Below are positions 1-7,630 of a stretch of 42,176 nt of DNA, one piece after another. The notes beneath the pieces are model-generated. The model was not told where the DNA came from. It saw only the letters and a program-made list of their open reading frames with translations, and ran no database searches. The stretch's first letter is position 1, and the number at the start of each line of letters is the position of its first letter. Source of the DNA: Oscillospiraceae bacterium. Lineage in GTDB: Bacteria > Bacillota > Clostridia > Oscillospirales > Ruminococcaceae. The stretch lies in the NCBI GenBank assembly GCA_036640155.1, contig JAVWHI010000002.1, forward strand, positions 1 through 42,176, written 5' to 3'. A program made the position numbers and the translations under genes.

Positions 1-1
1 T

Positions 2-610
2 TATGGTGGACCAGAACTAGCAATAAAAACGCTTAACTTTAACTTTGGCATGGATATAGAGGATTATGTTACGGTGAACTTTGCACAGCTTGCAGACGTT
101 ATTGATGTAGTTGATGGTGCTACTGTGGATTTAACCGAGGACGAACGTCTTGCTGCAAATGAAAACATGCAAACTATAGGAATTTCAAACCAGGATATTA
201 AAAGAGGAACGTCCGGTGTAGTTAGGCTTAATGGAACTCAAGCGGTAGCTTATTCAAGAATTAGGGTAATAGGCGGAGACACGCAAAGAACGGATAGGCA
301 AAGAGAAGTTTTAAACTCGCTATTTTCTGACATTAAGCAGAAAAAAACAATTGAATATCCCGGATTAGTAAAAAAAATACTACCCATGGTTGTAACTTCA
401 TTGTCGTACACTGATATAATTGGGCTTGCACCAATAATGCTAAAAGGAGACATTCCATTAGTTCAAACTTCCTTCCCTCACAAAATTAATCAGGCAAAAG
501 GTCAAACGATTAATGGAACATGGTACTTTGTTTATGACTTAGAAAAAGCACAAGATGTTTTGCATAAGTTTATTTATGAGGATATACATCCAGATGACCA
601 AACCGAATAG
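2..610 (+). CDS. LytR-CpsA-Psr (LCP) family cell-envelope phosphotransferase, C-terminal part (5' end lies outside the window)
   Basis: The frame is open from nt 2 (YGGPELAIKTLNFNFGMDIEDYVTVNFAQLADVIDVVDG...), so the ORF-track ATG at 50 is internal. The sequence has the conserved LCP core (VNF..F..lvD.vGG, later GDT.R..RQREVL). Confidence 0.8.
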   Translation, partial: YGGPELAIKTLNFNFGMDIEDYVTVNFAQLADVIDVVDGATVDLTEDERLAANENMQTIGISNQDIKRGTSGVVRLNGTQAVAYSRIRVIGGDTQRTDRQREVLNSLFSDIKQKKTIEYPGLVKKILPMVVTSLSYTDIIGLAPIMLKGDIPLVQTSFPHKINQAKGQTINGTWYFVYDLEKAQDVLHKFIYEDIHPDDQTE

Positions 611-611
611 A

Positions 612-647
612 AAAATCGCAGTCACTGTAATAAGTGACCGCGATTTT
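612..647. terminator. Bidirectional intrinsic terminator between convergent genes
   Basis: AAAATCGCAGTCACT / AGTGACCGCGATTTT, a 15-bp stem with one mismatch and a 6-nt loop. A-run on the left and T-run on the right. It sits between the LCP stop (610) and the minus-strand stop (663). Confidence 0.6.
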
Positions 648-662
648 AATGTATTTTAATAT

Positions 663-1343
663 TTACAATACATAAAGGAGTATGCAAAAAAAGTGACAAA
701 CACTACCCAAAACAATAAAAATATGAAATACCGAGTGAACATAGCGTTTTCCTTTTTTCTTGCCTAACGCATAAAGTGCAGCACCTATAGTGTAAAAAAC
801 TCCGCCTAAAAGTAGCCAAACAGTTCCACCAACTCCTAAAGCCTCGCCTGTTTGTTTTGCTATTGCAATTACGCACCAACCCATGCCTAGGTAACATATC
901 ATGGAAAACTTTTTATATTTTTTTAAATCGACCGAATTAAGTGCAATCCCTAAAAACGCCATTGCCCATATAACTCCAAAGACTGTCCAACCTAGTGCAG
1001 GATTAAGCTTACGCATTGAGCAAAGTGTTATTGGAGTGTATGTTCCTGCAATCAAAATAAAAATTGCACAATGGTCAAGAACTTGAAACACTTTTTTGGC
1101 TGTTAATTTTGGGCTAAGTCCATGATAAATACTAGACATCGCATAAAGTAAAATCATTGACCCACCAAAAATAGCCCCACCAATTACTCCGAACACATCG
1201 CCTTTTAAAGCAGGAACAATAATGCAAAAAACTGTTGCTATTATTCCTAAAGCACCGCCAGCTATATGAGAAACCATATTAAATATTTCTTCGCTTTTTA
1301 AGTAATCCGGTAATTTCCGGTCTGTTAATTTAGTTCTAGTCAT
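663..1343 (-). CDS. Hemolysin III / PAQR family membrane protein
   Basis: 226 aa with 7 predicted TM segments. Characteristic His-containing motifs near the ends (SSIYHG, DHCAIF, HSVFHIFIVLGSVCHF). RBS GGAGTG upstream of the ATG. Confidence 0.85.
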   Translation of the reverse strand: MTRTKLTDRKLPDYLKSEEIFNMVSHIAGGALGIIATVFCIIVPALKGDVFGVIGGAIFGGSMILLYAMSSIYHGLSPKLTAKKVFQVLDHCAIFILIAGTYTPITLCSMRKLNPALGWTVFGVIWAMAFLGIALNSVDLKKYKKFSMICYLGMGWCVIAIAKQTGEALGVGGTVWLLLGGVFYTIGAALYALGKKKGKRYVHSVFHIFIVLGSVCHFFCILLYVL

Positions 1344-1649
1344 AATAAATGTATCTTCACTCCATTTTGCCGCTTTGCGTCGGCGTAAATTTTAAAAAAG
1401 CAACTACTCTTATCTCGCAAAGAAAAAATGATAAGAGTGTAAATTGTTCATGTGCGTTTTTCTTGTAGGGGAATTTTGCATGACCTCTTGGTAAATTTGA
1501 TTTTACCGCAATTATTTAAAAAAAAGAAATGATTAGTCTTGAAATTAAGCGTTTTGCACTTTACTATTCATGCTTTTAGTATAGCACAAAATAAGAGAAA
1601 ATAGTAACAATAACAGAAAAATATTTATTGGAAAAAGTCTTTTTTTATG

Positions 1650-1678
1650 TTGACAAAGCAAATTAATGGTGATAATAT
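1650..1678 (+). promoter_or_regulatory. Sigma-A type promoter for the T-box-controlled gene
   Basis: TTGACA (1650-1655), 17-nt spacer, TAATAT (1673-1678) with a TGn extension (1670-1672). Confidence 0.5.
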
Positions 1679-1689
1679 ATAAGTACTAT

Positions 1690-1970
1690 ATTATAAAAGC
1701 AATTGTGAAGGACAACAACAATATTTTTTATGCTTAAGAGAGCTGCTGTTTGGTGCGAGGCAGTGCGTGAAAGTTTTGCTTATCCCCTTTACAGCTGTCG
1801 GCTGAAAGTGATTAGTTACGATTAAGCTTGAACGGTTTCTCACCGTTATATGAGAGTGTATTCGATTTTATCCGATACAGTTACAAGCGGCTCTTGAAGA
1901 GCAATATGAGTGGTACCACGGAAGTTAAGGCTTTCGTCTCTGTTATAAGAGGCGAAAGCTTTTTATTTTT
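1690..1970 (+). promoter_or_regulatory. T-box leader (tRNA-sensing transcription attenuator)
   Basis: AG bulge AGAGAG 1737-1742. Distal loop TTGGTGCGAG 1750-1759. F-box CCGTTA 1843-1848. Stem III GCTCT/AGAGC 1890-1902. T-box core AATATGAGTGGTACCACGG 1903-1921. Terminator 1927-1970. Confidence 0.85.
1927..1970 (+). terminator. Intrinsic terminator of the T-box expression platform
   Basis: AAGGCTTTCGTCTCT / AGAGGCGAAAGCTTT, a 15-bp stem with two G-U pairs and a 6-nt loop, followed by TTTTTATTTTT. Confidence 0.8.
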
Positions 1971-1992
1971 ATTAGAAAAGGCAGGCAGAATT

Positions 1993-4263
1993 ATGAAAAA
2001 AGAATTAAGTTCAGTGGCTAATAGAATTACGGAATTAAGATTAATTGCTGGAAAAACTATTGAAGAGATGGCAGTTGTGACACAAACAACCCCATATGAA
2101 TATCAGGAATTTGAAAACGGTAACGCCGACCCTTCATTTACATTCCTTTATAGGTGCGCAAATTGCTTTAATGTAGATTTAGGAGAGCTAGTTACTGGTG
2201 ACGACCCTAAACTAAGCGTTTTCACATTAACTCGTAAAAACGAGGGAATGCCAATAAAAAGACGTGAGTTTTTTGAATATGAGCATATGGCTTATATGAT
2301 GAAAAACCGTTTAGCCGAGCCTTTTGTAGTTACTGCTAAGTATTCAGTAAAGGCTGAAAACACACCTATCACACTAACTACTCATAACGGACAAGAACTA
2401 GATTATGTTCTAAACGGTAAAATTAAAGTGCAAGTCGATGACCACATTGAAATTCTATGCGAAGGTGATAGCATTTATTATGATGCAACACATAAGCATG
2501 GAATGGTTGCTATCGAAAAAGATGCAAAATTTTTATCAGTTGTGGTTAAGGGAGACCAATCACAACAAGTAGATTTGCAGCCGGTTATTGAACAACGTCA
2601 AAAAGTTAGTGCCGATGGAGAAGCGGTTTATAAGAAGTTCATGAACGAGACTATCGATGAAAATGGTAGCTTGACCGATGTTAGTTTTAATTATGACGAC
2701 AATTTCAACTTCGGATTTGATGTTGTTGATGTTGTTGCAAAAAAATCACCTGATAAACTTGCAATGCTTTGGCTTTCAAACAATATGGAAGAAAAACGTT
2801 TTAGCTTTAATGACATGAGCTGCCGTTCAGCACAAGCAGCAAATTATTTTAAATCGCTTGGAATAAAAAAAGGCGATAAAGTAATGCTTATTTTAAAACG
2901 TCATTACCAATTTTGGTTTGCAATAGTAGCACTTCATAAGTTAGGAGCAGTTGCAATACCTGCAACTAATTTACTTACTACACATGATATCGATTACAGA
3001 TTTAACGCAGCAGGCGTTAAGGCTATTGTTTGTACTCCAGATGGAGAAGTAAGCTATGCAGTCGATGAAGCTATGGCGACAAGCCCTACAGTTGAACTTA
3101 AAATCATGGTTAATGGTGCAAGAGAAGGTTGGCTAGATTTTGATAAAGAAATCGATAAGCAAAGTGACGTATTTGCAAGACCAACAGGCGACGAAACTTC
3201 ACACTCAGGTGACCCAATGCTTATGTATTTCACGTCGGGTACAACGGATTATCCAAAAATCGCAACGCACTGTTTCACTTACCCATTAGGTCATATAATT
3301 ACAGCAAGATGGTGGCATAACGTAAAAAAAGACGGACTACATTTTGCAATATCAGATACAGGATGGGGAAAGGCTGTTTGGGGAAAACTTTATGGTCAGT
3401 GGCTATGTGAGGCAGCTATTTTCACATATGACTTTGATAGATTTGATCCATGCAAAATTTTGCCACTGTTTAAAAAATATAATATCACTACTTTTTGCGC
3501 TCCACCAACAATGTACAGATTCTTTATTAAAGAAGATTTAAGTAAATATGATTTATCTAGTCTTTCTTATGCAACAATAGCAGGTGAGGCTTTAAACCCT
3601 GAAGTCTACAATCAATTTTATAAAGCAACCGGAATTAAGGTAATGGAAGGGTTTGGGCAAACAGAAACGACTTTAACTGTAGCAAATCTTATTGGTATGA
3701 CACCAAAACCAGGCTCAATGGGTAAACCTAGTCCGCTTTATGATTTAGATATTATAGCAGGTGACGGTAGCAGTGCAAAAGTCGGAGAAGTTGGCGAAAT
3801 TGTTGTGCATACTTCTAAAAAATGTCCGGAAGGCATGTTTATTGGCTACTATAATAATGAAGAAAAAAGTAAAGCCGCTTGGTACGACGGAATCTACCAT
3901 ACTGGCGATATGGCTTGGCGTGATGAGGATGGCTACTTTTGGTTTGTAGGACGTACAGATGACTTGATTAAATCATCAGGTTATAGAATTGGCCCGTTTG
4001 AAATTGAAAGCGTTATTATGGAAATACCTTATGTTCTTGAGTGCGCTATTACTGGAGTTCCAGACGAAGTACGAGGACAATTAGTAAAAGCTACAATCGT
4101 TTTAACAAAAGGTACAAAGCCAACAGAAGAACTTAAAAAAGAGATCCAGGATTACGTGAAAAAACACACTGCACCATATAAGTACCCTAGAGCTGTCGAG
4201 TTTGTTGATGAACTTCCAAAAACAATTAGCGGAAAAATAAGACGTGTTGACTTAAGAAAATAA
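1993..4263 (+). CDS. Fusion protein: XRE-family HTH + cupin + AMP-forming medium/short-chain acyl-CoA synthetase (ACSM/MACS-like)
   Basis: The track ORF starts at 1828, but 1828-1992 is the T-box and its terminator. The first ATG after the terminator is 1993 (MKKELSSVANRITELR...). N-terminus: HTH_XRE (LRLIAGKTIEEMAVVTQTTPYEYQEFENG). Middle: cupin (YVLNGKIKVQVDDHIEILCEGDSIYYDATHKHG). Remainder: AMP-binding motifs YFTSGTTDYPK, SDTGWGKAVWGKLYGQW, GFGQTETT, YHTGDMA, GRTDDLIKSSGYRIGPFEIE, PKTISGKIRR. Confidence 0.85.
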   Translation: MKKELSSVANRITELRLIAGKTIEEMAVVTQTTPYEYQEFENGNADPSFTFLYRCANCFNVDLGELVTGDDPKLSVFTLTRKNEGMPIKRREFFEYEHMAYMMKNRLAEPFVVTAKYSVKAENTPITLTTHNGQELDYVLNGKIKVQVDDHIEILCEGDSIYYDATHKHGMVAIEKDAKFLSVVVKGDQSQQVDLQPVIEQRQKVSADGEAVYKKFMNETIDENGSLTDVSFNYDDNFNFGFDVVDVVAKKSPDKLAMLWLSNNMEEKRFSFNDMSCRSAQAANYFKSLGIKKGDKVMLILKRHYQFWFAIVALHKLGAVAIPATNLLTTHDIDYRFNAAGVKAIVCTPDGEVSYAVDEAMATSPTVELKIMVNGAREGWLDFDKEIDKQSDVFARPTGDETSHSGDPMLMYFTSGTTDYPKIATHCFTYPLGHIITARWWHNVKKDGLHFAISDTGWGKAVWGKLYGQWLCEAAIFTYDFDRFDPCKILPLFKKYNITTFCAPPTMYRFFIKEDLSKYDLSSLSYATIAGEALNPEVYNQFYKATGIKVMEGFGQTETTLTVANLIGMTPKPGSMGKPSPLYDLDIIAGDGSSAKVGEVGEIVVHTSKKCPEGMFIGYYNNEEKSKAAWYDGIYHTGDMAWRDEDGYFWFVGRTDDLIKSSGYRIGPFEIESVIMEIPYVLECAITGVPDEVRGQLVKATIVLTKGTKPTEELKKEIQDYVKKHTAPYKYPRAVEFVDELPKTISGKIRRVDLRK

Positions 4264-4298
4264 AGCAAAGAAAAGTAATATTATCATCTAAAAAATGC

Positions 4299-4327
4299 TT
4301 GACAAACAAGACCCCTTATTGTATTAT
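4299..4327 (+). promoter_or_regulatory. Sigma-A type promoter for the hypothetical/ABC operon
   Basis: TTGACA (4299-4304), 17-nt spacer, TATTAT (4322-4327). Confidence 0.55.
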
Positions 4328-4379
4328 ATAACTAGTATAATGACATAGCATAATAATTAAAGAGGAGTGAAATAAAAGC

Positions 4380-5108
4380 ATGAATTTCAAGAAGATTTAT
4401 AAACATATTAACCGTGGATTAGTTTTGGCAGTTGTTTTGCTTATTACTACAATTTGTTATGTTATAATAGGCAATTTGAACTTCAAAAAAGAAACTGACA
4501 CGATTAAAGGCGTAGTGAATAATTATGCAAAAGAGTCTGTTACGCTGTCACTTTTACCGGACGGAGCAAACAAGGTTGGTGCCACTCTTACAAAAGAGCA
4601 AGCCGAAAAACAAATTAAAGCATTTGACGACATTTTGTCAAAATATTGGGTTGGTGCAGAGCAATCAGCCTTCGGTAACGGAGGAGCAAACGTTCAATTT
4701 TTAAAAAAAGATTTTGAAAATAGCATAAAGTCTATGATAGGAAAACCTTCAAAATCTGAAATAAAATCTGTAGACATTAAAATTGGTGAATTAAAAAATG
4801 TAAGTCGTGACGGTGAAAAAGGTGCAAATGTATCTTTTACTTTTGATGTTGACGTTAAATCAATTGGGCAACCTTCGGTTTTCATAATGGTTCATCATAA
4901 TAATCATTTAAAAGGCCAGCCCGGCATGGATATAACAATTTCACAAAACGAAAGTATTGTTGCAGCACCAGATAAAGATACGGAAGAAAAAATTGACATG
5001 ACTGAAAAAACCACCAGAATTTCAGGCGGCGGAGTAGCTAAATTACATAAAAGTAAGGGCAAATGGAAAATCTGGGAAATAGGCAATTTCTATACAAGTA
5101 ACCATTAG
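4380..5108 (+). CDS. Hypothetical N-terminally membrane-anchored protein (no family recognised)
   Basis: 242 aa. RBS AGAGGAG upstream. One N-terminal TM helix (GLVLAVVLLITTICYVIIG), then a soluble domain. The stop lies 15 nt before the ABC ATPase start, which suggests an operon. Confidence 0.6.
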   Translation: MNFKKIYKHINRGLVLAVVLLITTICYVIIGNLNFKKETDTIKGVVNNYAKESVTLSLLPDGANKVGATLTKEQAEKQIKAFDDILSKYWVGAEQSAFGNGGANVQFLKKDFENSIKSMIGKPSKSEIKSVDIKIGELKNVSRDGEKGANVSFTFDVDVKSIGQPSVFIMVHHNNHLKGQPGMDITISQNESIVAAPDKDTEEKIDMTEKTTRISGGGVAKLHKSKGKWKIWEIGNFYTSNH

Positions 5109-5123
5109 GAAAGGAGAAAACAT

Positions 5124-6062
5124 ATGGAAACCGTATTAAAAATAGAACACCTAGTTAAATATATGGGCAAGAAGAAAATAATCGATGATGTTTCATTTGA
5201 GACTTATGCTGGCGAAGTATTTGGCTTTTTAGGACCTAACGGAGCCGGAAAAACAACAACTATTAAAATGGTTATGGGACTGTTAGACATTGATGATGGC
5301 GTTATCACGGTTAGCGGAATTAATGTTGTAAAGAAATTTGAAAAAGCAATGGATAACATTAGTGGAATCGTTGAAAATCCAGAGATGTACCCTTATTTGA
5401 CAGCTAGAAAGAATTTAGAGCTTTTTGCTAGAATGCGTCCAAATGTAACTCCTGAACGGATTAAAGAAGTTATCAAATTAGTTGGATTAGAGCAAAGAGT
5501 TGACGATAAAATTAAAAAATATTCTTTGGGAATGAAACAACGAATCGGATTAGCTCAAGCACTTCTAAGTAAACCTAAACTTATAATTCTTGATGAACCA
5601 ACAAATGGTCTTGACCCTGCAGGAATAAAAGAACTACGTGATATTTTAAAAGGTCTTGCTCACAAAGATAACATATGCGTTGTAGTTTCAAGCCACTTGA
5701 TGAGCGAAATGGAACTTATGTGCGACAGAGTAGGTATTATTGCAAAAGGTAAAATGCTTGACGTTAAAACTATTGAAGCACTAACCGAAACTGTGAATGC
5801 AAATGGTCTCTCGTCATATCACATTAATGTCAATGATGTTAAAAAAGCGACAGGGATTTTGCAAAACTTTGAAGATGTTAAAATCGGCTACCAGGGCGAG
5901 GATTATATGGAGATATCCTTAATCAAAGAAAAAGTTCCTTCAGTTATCAAAGCTTTAGTTTTAGCAGATGTTGACATATTTAGTTGCGCTGCCGTTGACA
6001 CTAAGAAACTCGAAGACGTGTTTATTGAATTGACAAATTCTGGAGGTGCTCAAATTGGCTAA
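5124..6062 (+). CDS. ABC transporter ATP-binding protein (ABC-2 / drug-exporter type)
   Basis: Walker A GPNGAGKTT, signature YSLGMKQR, Walker B LIILDEPTNGLD, H-loop SSHLM. RBS AAAGGAG. Confidence 0.9.
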   Translation: METVLKIEHLVKYMGKKKIIDDVSFETYAGEVFGFLGPNGAGKTTTIKMVMGLLDIDDGVITVSGINVVKKFEKAMDNISGIVENPEMYPYLTARKNLELFARMRPNVTPERIKEVIKLVGLEQRVDDKIKKYSLGMKQRIGLAQALLSKPKLIILDEPTNGLDPAGIKELRDILKGLAHKDNICVVVSSHLMSEMELMCDRVGIIAKGKMLDVKTIEALTETVNANGLSSYHINVNDVKKATGILQNFEDVKIGYQGEDYMEISLIKEKVPSVIKALVLADVDIFSCAAVDTKKLEDVFIELTNSGGAQIG

Positions 6063-7464
6063 GTTTTTTAAAATGGTACATAACGAGTTTATAAAGATTT
6101 TTGCAAAGGTAAGTACCAAGATATTTTTGCTTTTCATTTTGCTTATGGTAATTCTGTTTAACATTATGATGCGCATTCAGGTTAATTATGCAGTGAGTTT
6201 AGGCGGGCAAAATAATAAAGAAGAATTGCAATCGTTAAGGGATTCGGATATTATTAACGACAAGATTTATCTAGAAGAAAAGGAATTTATTATAGATAAT
6301 GAACTGGATAAATCAGACCAGTCGACTTCGTGGAGAGAAACTAGAGTAGGGGCTATATTTGCTCAAAAGATGGAATTTATTGATAACAATAAATTAGTGC
6401 TACCAGAAAGTCTTAAAAAGCATCATGATAAGCAACTTGAACTTATCAAAAACAACGATGCAAAAGCTTATTGTGATTATATGATATCGTGGGTTAAAAG
6501 CAATAACGATATGACACAAAAAGATAAAGACTCAGAAATTTGGATGTATGAATTTATTACCAAGAATAATATTTACACACCTGATGAAACAGCAGATGGC
6601 ACATGGAAATCGGAACTGTTTGGAAATGTTTTATCACAAAAAACTATATATGAAAACCTAAAAGAAAATAATAACGCAGGTAATGAAGAGGATGCAAAAG
6701 CGTTTTCTGATGCTGAAAAAGGATATTTAACAGGAATTTATCGTATTGAAAATAATGTTAAGAACGTTTACCAAGGAAATAGCAGTGAATTTTTTGATAC
6801 AAAAAATGCGTATTGGTCAGTTATTGGAAATTCTATTTCCTTAATTAGTATTATTTCGCTGATAGTTATTATCGTTGCAGGTGCAATGATTTCAAGCGAG
6901 TTTTCTGGAGGAACAATTAAATTCTTACTCATAAATCCTATTAGTCGTGGTAAGATATTAATGTCAAAATATTTTTGCTTGATTTCAGTTAGCTATATTT
7001 TTATTGCTGCATTTTTCGTCTTCAACGTTATCGTTTCAGGATGTTTCTTTGGATTCGGACAACTTAATGCGGTTTCGTTAACTGTTAGCAATGGAACTGT
7101 TGTACAAATGCCGGCATTAATAAAATTGGCGTCTGAATATGCGATTGCTAGCATTTCGACAGTGGTTTATGGAACATTTGCATTTATGATGTCTACTTTG
7201 TTTAAAAATTCAGCTTTTGCAATAGGCATTGGCGTGTTCTCAGTTACAATGGGATCAACAATTGTTGTGATGCTAAAACACGCATTTAGCCAAGATTGGG
7301 CAAGATACATTTTGTTTGCAAATACCGATTTGACCGCTGTTATTAATGGCACTACAGGATTTTCAGGTCACACGTTAAGTTTTGCACTTATTAATATAGC
7401 GGTATATATGGTTGTTTTCCTACTTATCGCTTGGGATGCGTTCACAAGACGAGATATTAAATAG
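6046..7464 (+). CDS. ABC-2 family transporter permease with a large N-proximal extramembrane domain
   Basis: Overlaps the ATPase stop. One N-terminal TM, a soluble region of about 230 aa, then 5 TM segments. Start is uncertain: GTG 6046, TTG 6055 (8 nt after GGAGG) or ATG 6073. Confidence 0.8.
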   Translation: MLKLAKFFKMVHNEFIKIFAKVSTKIFLLFILLMVILFNIMMRIQVNYAVSLGGQNNKEELQSLRDSDIINDKIYLEEKEFIIDNELDKSDQSTSWRETRVGAIFAQKMEFIDNNKLVLPESLKKHHDKQLELIKNNDAKAYCDYMISWVKSNNDMTQKDKDSEIWMYEFITKNNIYTPDETADGTWKSELFGNVLSQKTIYENLKENNNAGNEEDAKAFSDAEKGYLTGIYRIENNVKNVYQGNSSEFFDTKNAYWSVIGNSISLISIISLIVIIVAGAMISSEFSGGTIKFLLINPISRGKILMSKYFCLISVSYIFIAAFFVFNVIVSGCFFGFGQLNAVSLTVSNGTVVQMPALIKLASEYAIASISTVVYGTFAFMMSTLFKNSAFAIGIGVFSVTMGSTIVVMLKHAFSQDWARYILFANTDLTAVINGTTGFSGHTLSFALINIAVYMVVFLLIAWDAFTRRDIK

Positions 7465-7500
7465 CATATTTTTTTAAAACTGTTACTTACATAAAAAAAC

Positions 7501-7556
7501 ACGTCCTTCGTCATTAAGCTTATTTTACTTGCATGACGTAGGACGTACTGCGTTTT
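7501..7556 (+). terminator. Putative intrinsic terminator after the ABC operon
   Basis: ACGTCCTTCGTCAT / ATGACGTAGGACGT, a 14-bp stem with one mismatch and an 18-nt loop. A TTTT run follows a few nt downstream. The long loop lowers confidence. Confidence 0.45.
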
Positions 7557-7630
7557 AAAAAAAGTTTAGCTATATTTTGTAATTTTGCGGTTATAATATC
7601 ATAGATATCGTGAAAAAAGAAGGATGTTTT

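Noticed and set aside
1828-1992. N-terminal 55-aa extension of the acyl-CoA synthetase fusion ORF as given in the ORF track
   Set aside because: This stretch is the 3' half of the T-box leader, including its terminator hairpin and U-run. It has no RBS and its residues look non-protein-like. The first ATG after the terminator (1993) is the plausible start.
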